Positions 39,790 to 52,250 of a stretch of 64,000 nt of DNA are shown here, piece by piece. The stretch comes from Anas platyrhynchos (Eukaryota), in assembly GCF_047663525.1 (NCBI RefSeq), contig NC_092587.1:188931457-188995456 (forward strand), in the 5' to 3' direction. Each line of letters starts with the position of its first letter. Within the stretch, counting starts at the first letter, position 1. The notes below the pieces were generated by a model. It saw nothing but the letters and a program-made list of their open reading frames with translations, made no database searches and was not told the DNA's origin. The position numbers and the translations under genes are program-made.

Positions 39790-40900
39790 TTGGAAGGGTG
39801 CCAAGGAGATCTTGTGACTGAACACCTCGCTCAAAGCAAGATGCCAGCTAGAGCAGGCTGCCCAGGCCCACGTCCAGGCGCCTTTTGGAGCTCCCCAAGG
39901 AGGAGACCCCACAGCCTCTCTGGGCAGCCTGTGCCAGGGCTCTGTCACCTGCCCAGCACAGCAGTGCTGCCTGGTGCTCACAGAGTCATTTACGTCATTT
40001 ACTAAAAGGTCCTCATCAAGTCCGACCATCAGCCTAAGACTACTCTCACCTCGTGTCCTGTCACTGGGCACCAGCAGGAAGGCTCTTGCTCTGTGGTCTT
40101 TCTGCCCTCTCATCTCGGTTTGTACGTACTGATGGGATTCCTCTCAGCCCTCTCCAGGCCGAGCAGTCCCAGCTCTCTGGATCTCCTCCCTCAACCTGCT
40201 GACAGCTTCCTGATGCAGCACACGATGCTGCTGCTGCCCTTTGCTGTGGAACAGCACATTGCCGGCTCATTCAGCTCCCCCAGGACTCTTTCTGCAGAGC
40301 TGCTTTTCATACTGCTGGCCTCCAGCCTGTCCTGGTGCCTGGGGTGGTTCCTCCCCAGGGGCAGGAGCTGCCTGTTCCCTCTGATAACTCCACAAAATCC
40401 TGTCAGCCCATTTCTCCAGCCTGTGACGGTGCCTCTGGATGGCAGCACAGCCCCCTCACACGCTCCTTCCAGCCCTGCATCTCTCGCACACGTGCTGTTA
40501 GGTGCGTTCTGTCCCAGCATCCAGGTCATTAATGAAGGTTTTGGAAATGATTGGCCTCAGTGCTGACTGCCTGGGGCACACTGCTGGGTGCCAGCCTCCA
40601 ACTGGTCTTTGTGCCACTGATCGCATGCTCCTGGCTCTGTTCAGCCACCTCTCAGCCCACCTCGCTGGTACGGGCCACCCAGCCCGTACCCCTTCAGCTT
40701 GTCATTGAGGCTGCAAGGGCAGAAAAGTGTCAGAAACCTCCTGAAAGTGAGGGTAAGCAACACCCGCTGCTGTCCCCATGCCCACAGAGCAGGTCACCTA
40801 ATCACGGGAGGCTGTGAGGGCAGGTTGATTGAGGATTTGCAAATGGCCCTTCCATAAATCCGTGCTGACTCCTGTCAGCCGCCTTCTTGTCCATGGTGAG
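39790..40900 (-). mobile_element. CR1 fragment (3' half of ORF2 plus 3' end), reverse orientation, degenerate
   Basis: The minus-strand translation contains ..ELGLLGLE.. (the reverse complement is ctctccaggccgagcagtcccagctc), ..SAERVLGELNEPAMCCSTAKGSSSIVCCIRK.. (compare CR1 [32 protein letters not shown]) and ..VTEPWHRLPREAVGSPP.. at 39.84-39.96 kb. Confidence 0.7.
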
Positions 40901-41110
40901 TGGCTTTCTTCAGTGTTCCCTAGCCTGGACATCTTCTGCTTAGCAGATGTTGAAGGTGAGGGGAGATGGGGAAACTCACACACATGTTGTTTTGTGGCTT
41001 TGCCTTGCTTTTACTAAGTTGTTCCCTGTCATTTCTAGGACTTGTAAAAATCATAATATAACGTACACCAGGCTAAAGAAATACGCTATAGGCATTTACT
41101 CATAAAATCT

Positions 41111-41112
<2 letters not shown>

Positions 41113-41141
<29 letters not shown>

Positions 41142-41190
41142 TACAGGTAAAACTGTTTCTGCCATCAGTGAAGAAGAAAAAAAAAAAAAA
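41113..41190. repeat. Long poly(A) tracts (A27 and A16) separated by about 25 nt; a T16 tract follows at 41236-41252
   Basis: These are homopolymer runs. They may be the tail of a degraded retroposed element. Confidence 0.6.
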
Positions 41191-43479
41191 AAGGAAAAAA
41201 ATCCAACCACTTATTTATGCTGTTTAAATCATGTTTTTTTTTTTTTTTTTCTCTTTTTCTTTCTGTCCACCTGACTTCTTGTCTTGACCAAGTGCTGTTG
41301 GGAACTCAGCCTTCTGGCTTTCCCTTAGGTATCAGACCAGCCCTGTGCAAAAGGGCTTTTTGGGAGCCTTGGCGCTTGGCAAGCTTCCTGGGTGCTTCAG
41401 ACTCTGTCTGTCCCCGAGTTGCTCTCCTTCCTTCCTGCGAAGGGAAGAGAGGATGGCCAAGGCTCCCTGGAGATACAAATGTTCCTTTGACTGGCTAAAT
41501 AATGACTTCTTGTCTCAGCGGAGTGATAAAACCCTTCCCTTCTCTTTCTCCCACTATTCAGTGGTGTGAACCTGGCTGGCAGAGCCTAATGGCCTAATTA
41601 AATTGCATTAAAAACTCTGAAAAGATTAGATTAAAATGTGAGTGGCTCTCATTGTGCTTGGGGCATAGTGTGCAACGGCAAACTGAAACATGTTGCAAAA
41701 GACTCTGAGTCAGCCAAATCAGTCACTTAAAAAAGAAATAAGAAAACAAAATTACACCTGTTCAGTTTTATATCAGTTTTCTGATGAGCAGAATTTTGCA
41801 GAGATGAATGTTGGCTTTGTGCTTTTGCCATTGCAAGTCCCTTCTTCAGCTCTCAACTTCGAAACAAATTTCACGCAGTTCTGTTGTGCCGGCAGAGGTA
41901 CTGGGCTCTGATTTAATTCATCGTGAGGTCAAAATGTTCCGTCAGTCTTCCTGCCACTGGGGTTCGTAGGATGGTGGACGGCAGCTCAGATAACCTCTGA
42001 TCATGCGATCTGGGAAAGCGTCCGCATTTCCAAGCTCTTTGTCCAGCTGTACTTGCTGTAACGCATCACCCTGTAGTTTGAGTTTTGCTGCATGTTGATT
42101 ACAAAAGTACTTTTTCAAGAATCAGTTGAATCATTTCAGTGTCTAACTCCTTGGCCTGAGTTATATTTATGTCCTGAAAATGTTCTTCATTGGATCAGGT
42201 TTTGATTAAAGATGCTGGCGGCCACATAGCCTCAAACTGGAGCCGACTGCCTGCTATGCCCTGTGTGCAAAATTCTGCTCTTCAAGTTGGAATTGAAAGG
42301 ACCACTGGAGGTGAGAAACTAATCCTGCTTTCAGTCATTGGAACGCATGATGGTCGGTGTGATTGGGTGATGTTTCCTGTCTGCTAGATTAATGATCGGT
42401 CTCTTTGTGTCTGATTGTTGTCTAATGCGTTCTTTCTCCCTCAGTGTTCTCTGGTTTTGGGCACAAGAACAGCGCTGCTATCCGATACAACAGCAATTAA
42501 AGCTGTGGCAGCGAGCTGAGCAGCAGGGACGGATCGCTCTCACCCAGGCTGTGCTCCTTCTGCTTGCAGGCAGTGGCAGCAGCCCCAGACTGCGTTCATC
42601 TGATTTACCTCTCCCTTTTCCATGTTGGGAAAGAGGCACCAGAAGAAATCTGATGTCTCCTTACGATATTCAAGAAGCATTTTCCTGTACGAGCATGAGG
42701 CAAGTTACAGGTGCTGTGATGGCTTCAAGTTCCAGCAGAGGGGGGATCCAGCGCTCAGGAAAGTCAAGTACTGGGAAATGGTATTGATAAAAGGAGTTGT
42801 GTTTGTATATGCTGTAACAGGGCTCCGAGGAAATGATATATTGAAGTACCACTTCTTGATTAAATGATCAGTTTTAGACTAAAACCTCTTAAAGCTAGAT
42901 GAAACAAATAAGAAAATATGATTAAGCACTAAAATATGACAAAAGAGGGGAAAGTGTGGTTAGTCTTGTATTTGAAGAAAGAAGAGTAGTTGGGGTTGTG
43001 TTTAAGTTACAGTACTGAGTTTGCAATGGTGCAGAGAATTATTAGCTACCTGGAGAAAACTAAGCCAGCAACAGACTAGCTGAAAACTGAGGAAATGCTC
43101 ACCAATAACAAAAATTAAAACTGGAGAAAGATTTCACCATCTATGCAGTTGAGCTTGATGTTATAATGTAAAATGCCTGCTATAATAATGTTGCCTAATG
43201 AAAAATGAAAACCAGTGAAGGAAACAAACAATGAAAAATGCACGTCGATGTCATGAGGTTTTCCCATTGCACTGTAATGTAGCACTGCAGATTTTTTTCC
43301 CCTGGGATTTCTGTTTCTAATAAAACTGTTTCAAATAAACTTCCTGTTATTCATAGATTAATTTTCTGTTTCTTGACCTCAGAAAGGCAGTGACCATGAA
43401 TAGAACAGAGCAGTTGCCAAGAACCTCATGGAATTTAACAGAGGCAAAAACTAAAATCTGATTCTGGGCACAGAGTAAG

Positions 43480-43900
43480 TTCAGGCAGTAGCACAGCCTG
43501 GACATAAGACTGGATGTGGAGCAGCTTTGCAGGAGCTGGGTTTTGAAGAAGGCTGGCTTTTGGGGATCCCCGAGGAGGAGACCCCACAGCCTCTCTGGGC
43601 AGCCTGTGCCAGGGCTCCGTCACCCGCCCAGCACAGCAGTGCTGCCTGGTGCTCAGAGGGAGCCTCCTGGGTGCCCGGCTGTGCCCATGGCCTCCTGTCC
43701 TGGCACTGGGCACCACTGAGCAGAGCCTGGCTCCGGCCTCTGGGCACTCTGCCTTCAGGGATTTAGGGACACGGATGAGATCCCCCTGAGGCTCCTCTTC
43801 TCCAGGCTGAGCAGCCCCAGCTCTCCCAGCCTCTGTTCACAGCAGAGATGCTCCAGTGCCTTCATCACTTCATCATTCTACAGCATCTCCCTTTCACAAA
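43480..43900 (-). mobile_element. CR1 3'-end fragment, reverse orientation
   Basis: The minus-strand reading gives ..[25 protein letters not shown].. then ..HCCAGRVTEPWHRLPREAVGSPPRGSPK... It is near-identical to the copy at 51.7-52.25 kb but inverted. Confidence 0.8.
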
Positions 43901-46473
43901 ATGGATGCAGAAAGCTCAGATGAGCTGTGAGGAAGCCACCTCTGTCACCCACCAGCCTCCAGTACCTGAGAGAGACACCAGGACCACAAGTGCTGCTGTT
44001 GCAGCGGTAAAATATGACAAATCCAAGCCATCAGGACAATTGCCACTGCCATTCATCGTAAGGCCAGCTGCTCAGCCTTGCTGATTGATAGCAGCAAGAA
44101 AAAACACACAAATACTTCAGAAGTATTTCTGCACAGTGTCTACAGAAATGATTTTTATTATAGCTACCTTCTCTTTCTCCTTTGTCCACCAAAACCTTTT
44201 ACTTAGCAGTTGGATAAAAACAATGTAGTAAAGTCAGACAAGTAACAGCTTTAAACATCTTTTCATACACCTTTTACATATCTTAAATAGGGATCTAAAC
44301 TTTATATCCCCAACCAAAAGAGATGGCTGCAAAATCCATCTCTCAATAAGAGCTTCATGAACTCAGGTTTTATTCCCCAGTCCTGCAGAACTCTTCCCTC
44401 CCTCCCAAACACCTCAAGGGAAGGGAGGAAAAAAATAAAAATAAAAAAAAAAATCCCCCCCAACACCACCTTTGACAACTATTTGCTACGCCAACTCTTG
44501 GAGCAGTACTAGACATTTTTAGATTAGACCGTACAACAGGTTCTAAACAGCATCTAAATATTATATGGACATTTGTTCACAAACCCTTTGTCCCCGTCTT
44601 CGCACAGTCCTTGAGCAGCTCCAACGTTTACCACCAAGGTGTGCTGTACAGCATTCACCATGCACGCACCATACTCTGAAGCGTAAATGCAGGGATAGTG
44701 AGGAAATGGTAGCCACGTACATGACAGCGATCACTCCAATGTAAGGAAACACTTCAGAGCATACCCTACCCTTATTAATCTTCCAGGATTATTTCATAAT
44801 ATGCTTAAAAGTTCGTTAATAGTGACGAAGAAGAAATGCAGCTACACAAAATTCCCAAGTGCTGGTAGGGACAAACCTGATTCTCAGCCAGCGCTTTTTG
44901 TGCATCTCAGGCGTCGATATTTAGCAAAATGAGGTATCTCACGTGTATCAGAGGCGGAGGTAACACGTCTGTTCAAAACCCAGACCTGTTAACATCTCAT
45001 CAATACTGTTTGCAAAAAGACTATTTTAAATCCAAACAGAAGCGAGTACGTCGTGCTGCTGTTCTAGTTTCATAGAGCTTAATGTGACATTCCACAAAAT
45101 TGAAATAGTGTGCTTTGTTACGATAATTTGGCATCTCTCATTATGAAAGTTTTAAACTTTCAAGAACCAAAAATTAAAACCTGGCTAACTGAACTTTTTC
45201 ATACAAAGTCACAGTTCTTAAAAGGATACATCTGCACCATTTTAATGGTGAGCACTCGAATACATTAAAGAATTTATCCACAATAGTTTTGTGAGCAGTA
45301 TAGGCACATAGTGGCATGTAAACTACCTGTGGCAACCAGAACAGCAAAGGCACAATCTGTTTTTTTTCTCCGTTTTTCCCCCCTTTACTTTCCAAGATGT
45401 TTAATTTACAAAGAAAAATACTCTGTACCTCATGCAGAAGTGTTACATTTGTATAGTATAGCACAGAACCATCACAGAACTGCTGTCATCTGATAAAATG
45501 AGGCATTTTAAAAAAAAAAAAGATAGCAGCTCTTTGCACTCAGGAACTGAACTTCTGAACTAGAGGGCAATGCGTGTTCTCACCAGGCTGGGAACAGCTG
45601 AAGCCCTCTGTACTTTCTCATGTACAAAAAGCACTGCCCGCACACTGAAGGTAGGTTAATGAGTTTTGTGGTTTGCTGTTTGCAGCTTTTGTTTTCCCAT
45701 ATGCCACTTAACTAAAAACTCCCCAGTTAAGATGCCTGTAAAACTATCAGTTGCTTCTCTAATACAAAATTAGTTTTCAAGCATTGACCTAAGGAGGAAT
45801 CTGACCGCAGCTCTCTGCAAATTGGGCCTATCTGGATGCCCTTCTTCATACCTGCACATGGACTTAAATGTGTGTCCGAAGGGAATCCCTCTCAGCACAC
45901 CTGCTTTCTCATCAGGAAGCAACAGCAGGAAGAGGTTCAAACCAGAACGCAGCCCCTAGTGATTCAAGGTTAAGTCTAATGCAGTAACTTTAAAGTGTAA
46001 CTTCTACCCATGGCTCTAATACATCAGTTCTGCATTTTACATAGAAACATTACAGTTAGAGTAAGTAGAAAACTGTAGTTTACAAATGGAAAAGATCCTT
46101 CTATTAAAAAACATTTTACTTAGTTACCTTAAATAGTTCTCATATGCACCATTCCACATTGTGGAAAAGCTGAAATATGCAGTCTGGACTCCACAAGTTA
46201 AACAGAATTGTGTGTATTGGCACAAATACTTACATCTACATCTGTAAAAGGTAAAAAAAATGCTGACAACCCTGTCCCAACCAGTGTAGCACACGCAGCT
46301 GCTCTCCAACACATCCTTTCCTATATGAATGCCAACAAATGACAGTGAGATGGGAGCTTAGTCCTAAGGGTGTGGTGCCAAAAAGTTCCAAACTGCTTTG
46401 TCAGTCTCTGAACAGAGGAATCAGAAGTATTTCCAAAAGTGTCAGTCCACTCAACACGTCTGCAACTGTGAGG

Positions 46474-46515
46474 TCACTGCAACTGCACTCTGTACGCTCC
46501 TATTAGCAGCTTTAC
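46474..46515 (-). CDS. MPHOSPH8: MPHOSPH8 terminal coding micro-exon (VKLLIGAYRVQLQ*), stop TGA at 46474-46476
   Basis: Acceptor gtttttccag|GTAAAGCTGCTAATAGGAGCGTACAGAGTGCAGTTGCAGTGA. I predicted the peptide from my recollection of the MPP8 C-terminus and then found it in the correct phase 660 nt downstream. Confidence 0.8.
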   Translation of the reverse strand, partial: VKLLIGAYRVQLQ

Positions 46516-47176
46516 CTGGAAAAACAAGCAAAGGATTCGTACACAGATTGTTCACGTGAAGCTGTACTGAACGTCTTCTGCATGAGGAAAGGCACGTATG
46601 AGATTGCTCAGTCATGAGCAGAAGAGGAAAAAAAGGAAAAGTATGAACTAGACATGCACACACACACTTTCATATGAATATCCTTATTCATAATGGATTA
46701 AAAAACTGAAGCGTACAATAAAATATTTAACAATTTAAGTCTTAAATATGAAGATCTAAAAAATTTACTGGTGCATCTTCCATAAAAAGCCCCACTACAC
46801 AGGATCTGTAACTCCTCTTGCAACGTGCAGTGGGATGACTGCCCAAACCACCTGGAAGCACACACAAAGGACACCACAGGCTATTTAACAGCACACTGCG
46901 TATCGGGATAAATACTTCCAAACTCTAAAGGCACACAAAAAACATCTGTATGCAGATGACAACTCCCTGTAGTTGTCATTAAATTCACGGTACAGATGTA
47001 GAAAAATTTTGGCTGTACCATTAGTTTATCCCAGCACACGAGTTCCTGATAAGAACTGGGTTGAGAAGACAGTGGGGAATCCTTGGTTTTACATTTGCAA
47101 CACACAACCAGAAGCACTCAGACTACAGAAGAGTTAACTTGTTGTACAGTACATAGTATTTGAGAGCATTTGGTAC

Positions 47177-47260
47177 CTTGGCAGTAGGAGCTTCTGCCAA
47201 CCGTATAAAAAGCTTGTTAAGGCCTGCAGTAGGGCTGAAGGAATAAATAAAGTGACTATC
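47177..47260 (-). CDS. MPHOSPH8: MPHOSPH8 penultimate coding exon (DSHFIYSFSPTAGLNKLFIRLAEAPTAK)
   Basis: Acceptor ccttttag|GATAGTCAC and donor GCCAAG|gtacca. An unspliced read-through would instead stop at 47123-47125. Confidence 0.75.
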
Positions 47261-47589
47261 CTAAAAGGAAAAAGAAAATCACCAAAATTAGTGGCAGGAT
47301 ACGGTTAAAAGTGCTGTGCGAATTGAAATAACAGAACATGACAATTAAACTAGTGTGTGTGTGTCTGTTTCTTTGTTTTAAAGTTGCACATGCTGCAAAT
47401 AACCTTTGTCATAATTGCAGGGAAAAAAAAACAACAGAGTGCACAGTGATACATTTAACAGGAAAAAAAAGAAATTTAAATTAATTGGTAGAAACACAAG
47501 GGAGTTCATTAAAACAAGGCAAAACATTTATATTTAATAACAGACTTGAGTCAAAAATTGGAGAGGCCAGGGGAATTTGGGAAGTGAAG

Positions 47590-47760
47590 CACCTTCAGAT
47601 TCAGAGTTGTCGCCTCCCTGCTCAAGCCCTCAGTCCTGAGGTCGCAGCGTCACAGGGCAGCTGAGGTTGGCGGCACCTCTGTGTCCACCTGGTCTGAGCC
47701 CTGCTCAAGCAGGGACACCCAGAGCAGGCTGCCCACAACCATGCCCCTGGCTTTTAAGTC
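47590..47760 (+). mobile_element. Short CR1 3'UTR-like fragment
   Basis: The sequence ..ccctgctcaagcagggacacccagagcaggctgcccacaaccatgcccctgg.. resembles the CR1 3' region (..aagcagggtcacctagagcaggttgcccagga..). Confidence 0.45.
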
Positions 47761-48011
47761 ATAACTTTTAAAGGAATCTAATATTACAGGGTTTGCAGTT
47801 CTTTACACACACACCAAAAAGTTCATTTCAAAAATTAAAAAATAAGTAAACAGCAACAACAAAAACAACACACACCAACATCACCAGCCACCACCACCAC
47901 CACGCCTGCATCATAACACTCAAAATCCAAATTAAGGCTCTAAAATTTCCCAGGCTGTTCCACAGACTTTACAGACCAGTTTTACGGTCAGTCAGTTATA
48001 TGATGACTTAC

Positions 48012-48139
48012 CAAAAATACAGGGAGCTGGAATTTGTCGTTTAAAACCACAGCTTGTACACTGCATGGTCCACAGAGCCGAGCAACGACTTCTTTACCAA
48101 AGAAATTTGAATGGAAAACGAAGAGAAGGATTCCAGATC
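48012..48139 (-). CDS. MPHOSPH8: MPHOSPH8 exon ((G)SGILLFVFHSNFFGKEVVARLCGPCSVQAVVLNDKFQLPVFL)
   Basis: Acceptor cccttttag|GATCTGG and donor GTATTTTTG|gtaagtc. Confidence 0.85.
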
Positions 48140-49572
48140 CTAAAAGGGAAGGCAACTCAGTCACATAAGGCTGAAACGAGAGCCATTATTTAGAACAACC
48201 GCATACGCTGAACTTTTGGATACGAACAGTTAGGTACCTCTAACGTTTGTATAAATATTAAACTCCAATGGAGAACTGAAGGAATATGAAAAAAAAGCAA
48301 ATATGCAAAATCTGATCTCCCTAGCACAACCCAAACACAGAACACAACTGAGCGGGTCACAAAGCCAAGGTCTTTTGGCAGCAGGACTAACTTCACGTGG
48401 CTATTACAAAGGAAAACAAAATGAATACAGTAATCCTCAGGTACAGTTCACTTCTGTGTTTTTAGATTTATCTAAAGTGTCAGGGAATTTAATGTAGCTT
48501 GGGTTGTCTTTTTTCTTGGTAGGGACAACTGAGCTTAATTAACTACGGATTTTTAAGAACTGCACTGAAATTCATAAGCAACTGTCTTCAATACCCCCAA
48601 ATGCCTCATTTTAATAGTATATAACATTTCCTAATTCTACAAAGCATATTGCATCAAAAAATGGGATATATTTTAACCAAGCAAATAAAAATTGGATACA
48701 CATAACCACTCACAATCCTAGTTTTAGTAGTATTTCAATCACATCAATGCATTATTTTGGAAAAAAAAAAAAAGAAAAGAACACACAAAATAACAAGATC
48801 AGCATCAGAAGGTATTTCCCTGATACACTCAAAAGGCAAGAAAAAATGACTCAGCTAAAAAGAGCATCAGAGATTGTTCTCTGGATTCCCGACAGAATGA
48901 AGAAGTATTCCTAAGTATCTTGGGAATTTGATCCTCAGCTTGTCAAAGGGGCTCAGAGGCAAAACAGAGTTGGTTGACACTGGCTTCTTTTATTTACAGC
49001 CTTTCTAAGTTGGGTTTGGGTCACAATAGTGTCATGACTGCACACCAAGATACCAGTGTGTTAGGCACTGTATACAAAACAAGGTGATCCACTACTAGAT
49101 TCTCAAAGTACTTCTACGTTAAGATGCCTAAATATTAAAGTACTCTCTTAGATTAATATTTCTAATTATTATTTGTCCTAAGGTAAACCTGTTACATAGG
49201 CAACCTCTTCCTTCAGTTCATGTGTTGCATAAGCTATGTGGTGACCCAAAAAACAACAACCAAAACCACCCACAAAAAAAAAAGCCAAACCAAAAACCCC
49301 CAAACCCAAACCACCAACACATATACACAAAACCCACCCACAATGCATTAAAACATGTTCCTCCTCTCCCTAAAGCAGGGCTTCCTGCTTTCAACTTCCA
49401 CATTCCTTAATCTGAGTATAAAGAACATCCCCAATGTAATGCACTCTATTATAATAGGTGACAAAAACAATTTCACATAGCAGATACTTAAGACATCCTT
49501 AAAAAGCAGCTTCTCAATGCGCTATTTTACTTTTTAAAAAATAGGAAGTAGGAAACACAACAAAATCCCTAC

Positions 49573-49727
49573 CTTCCGGGACATTTTGTGGGGGTTTATA
49601 GTTAAAGTCTGTAGAGAAGTCTGGCCCTTCGCAGAGCCGATGACACGCAATTGGGAAGACTGGCTCCAGTAAAGCAAGACGAGCTTCAAAATAGTCCCTG
49701 ATGGTATCTTCTGCTACTCTTGAGAGC
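49573..49727 (-). CDS. MPHOSPH8: MPHOSPH8 exon ((T)LSRVAEDTIRDYFEARLALLEPVFPIACHRLCEGPDFSTDFNYKPPQNVPE-)
   Basis: Acceptor ctttgctcttccag|GCTCTCAAG and donor CCGGAAG|gtagggatttt. Confidence 0.85.
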
Positions 49728-51699
49728 CTGGAAGAGCAAAGTGAGGCCTGTACATCACGCAGTAAATTACCTTACCAGACACAGACTTGATCAGAGCTGA
49801 CACAAAACAGGATTTCAGATCACCTTTCTGAATTCCCAATTTTCAGGGCTTCATTGCTGACATTTACATGTAGATGAACCCCAGATCCCAATATTGTGGG
49901 AATCGAACATTTTATCAAGAGATCTGTTTGTGAAATCCATCCATCAGGTCTCTGCTGTTTATTTTTGTGGACAAGTCCACTGCAGCAGATACCAAGATCT
50001 CTCACTAGCCACATACTTCTTTTTGTAGGAAGATGTTGCTGGAACATCAGGCACATACCAGCTGGCTGAACAGGAACGGCTTCCCTAGCACGGCTGACCC
50101 ACAGACTGACTGCAAGTACAATGCCAGGTAAATCAGACACTCTACAATTTTATTGGTCATACTGTTAGAGGAGTGCAATTCCCAATTATTCCCAGCTCTA
50201 TTAAAACGCCATGGAAAAAGCAGCAATTCTAGCATTAAATAGCCCCCCCCTCCACCCGGCAATAAATAAAATGGGTACTTGGGAAGGGCAGGGGCTGCTA
50301 AATTAAGCATGCAGGCTGTCCTTCAACAGAGACCCCATTAACCTATGGTATTTGGCACTCTGACAAGCCAGCTATCAAGTAATCCTCTTTGGAAAGCTGT
50401 TTTGACACAAATGAGGTTTAAATGCCTCTGCAAGGCAAAGGTCCCGACTCTCTGCTTTGCAGCTTTCCAAGCCATGACTCAAAGCACAGCTCCCCTCCAC
50501 GCCAGCCTGAGATTATCGCCCACAGAGCCTAAAAACCTGAGGTTTTTCACTGGAAAGAAACCACCAGAACTGCCATACCAAAGCAAGCCCAGAAGCTCAC
50601 CTAGCCCAGTTTCCAGAGCTATATAAATAAGGGAAATTGAACAGCAGTCTTTGAGGTACGCTGCCCTAGTTTCCAGCAATCCCATTTAGAGGCATCCAAA
50701 ACCAAACCACACCTCTCTGCAGATCCGCTTAATCCCTTCTTAATTCCCATGCAATCGTGACCAGAGCATTTTGCAATGAAATCCGTAATTCAGCTTTCCT
50801 GCACAAAAATATTTCTCCGTTTCCCACTTATTAATCATTTAAATGGACAGCCTCTAGAACCTTCCTCATGTTTTTTTTTTCCCCTGACAACTGAAAAAAT
50901 GAAATTTTGAGCTTTCAAACTGCCCTGGGGGGAGCCCCTTCTGCTCTGTCTCTCTGACCATCTCTACTTCTGCCTTTTTTTGCTTCAACTGTTTTTAAAA
51001 AGAGGTGAAGGGAATGGGACACACTATTTAAGACCTTCAGGCAACATGGATTTAGATTTTATTTTCAGCTTCACTAGTACTGTATTATCTTCCTTTTTGA
51101 TTTAAAGGCAGCACTGAGCTGGTATTTTCAGGTAATTATGGTGAGTGCAGAAGCCCTCTCAATTCACAAGAGCTGTTTTACTCTCTGTAATTCACATTAC
51201 TACAGCGAAACCCCACAGACATCACTTTGCATTTACCAGGATTTAATTTCACCTGCCTTTTCACTGGCAAAATTACATGTTCAATATCTTACAAAACAGA
51301 TCACGCAGCATAGCCAAACCTGAAGATGGCAGATTTTAAATATAAAACAGTCTGGAAAGGAATCAAGCAGTGAATGAAAGAAAGATTCAATATACTGAAC
51401 GGCACGTGCCAGATCACATTTGTCTGTGTACTTGCTGTTGCCTTCAAAAAGTTAACTCTTGAGAATTTATCTACTTCACCCGCCCTTGCTCACTTAATTT
51501 TTTTTATGTTTGAAAAATTATTATTAGTTTTTATGCTTTTAACACTTAATTAAGTTAAATGCAGTGATCTACAATACCTCAGACAAACTATGGTGCATTA
51601 AAAATACTGGTGCCACAATACTGCTTCACCCCCTCCAGTATCAAGCCAGATTTGAATATGTTAGTTCAGCAAAAAGTCAGTGTTGGGAAGTTTAGCTGG

Positions 51700-52250
51700 A
51701 GACCAGTGCCCATGGTCCAGTCCTTCTCCTCTCCTCAGCACTGGTGGGGCCACACCTGGAGTGCTGGGTCCAGTTCTGGGCTCCCCAGTACCAGAGGGAC
51801 CTGGAGAGAGCCCAAGGCAGGGCTACCAGGACGATGAAGGCACTGGAGCATCTCTGCTGTGAGCAGAGGCTGGGAGAGCTGGGGCTGCTCAGCCTGGAGA
51901 AGAGGAGCCTCAGGGGGATCTCATCCGTGTCCCTAAATCCCTGACAGGAGGGTGCAGAGAGGCCGGAGCCAGGCTCTGCTCAGTGGTGCCCAGTGCCAGG
52001 ACAGGAGGCCATGGGCACAGCCGGGCACCCAGGAGGCTCCCTCTGAGCACCAGGCAGCACTGCTGTGCTGGGCGGGTGACGGAGCCCTGGCACAGGCTGC
52101 CCAGAGAGGCTGTGGGGTCTCCTCCTTGGGGATCCCCAAAAGCCGCCTGGACGTGGGCCTGGGCAGCCTGCTCTGGGTGTCCCTGCCTGGGTAGGGGGGC
52201 ACCAGGGGCCTCCAGGGGCCCTGCCAACCTCAACCAAACTAACTTCATAA
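51700..52250 (+). mobile_element. CR1 3'-end fragment, + orientation
   Basis: It encodes ..[57 protein letters not shown].. (compare CR1 [52 protein letters not shown]). It continues as ..HCCAGRVTEPWHRLPREAVGSPPWGSPK... Confidence 0.8.

Noticed and set aside
40000-41000. GC-rich kilobase with many overlapping ORFs of 60-160 aa on both strands. I first considered a CpG island or a gene.
   Set aside because: It contains the reverse complement of diagnostic CR1 ORF2 segments (ELGLFSLE.. and the [21 protein letters not shown] region) and continues into the CR1 3' end at 39.8 kb. It is a degenerate reverse-oriented CR1. Overlapping ORFs of this kind are typical of GC-rich repeat sequence.
47123-47176. 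Read-through extension of the 47177-47260 exon to a TAG at 47123-47125 (..AKVPNALKYYVLYNKLTLL*) as the MPHOSPH8 terminus
   Set aside because: A good GT donor follows ..AK. A phase-compatible micro-exon at 46474-46515 encodes VKLLIGAYRVQLQ*, which matches what I recall of the MPP8 C-terminus, and I predicted this peptide before locating it. The read-through is therefore at most a minor alternative.
49824-50038. Candidate MPHOSPH8 coding exon ending in the right phase to join the 49727 exon
   Set aside because: The genuine upstream exon is at 53568-53722 (..HFAKQCNNILVYEQLKSHLET), which matches MPP8 directly. Inserting this 215-nt segment would break the frame and hit a TAG. I retained it only as a possible cryptic or poison exon.
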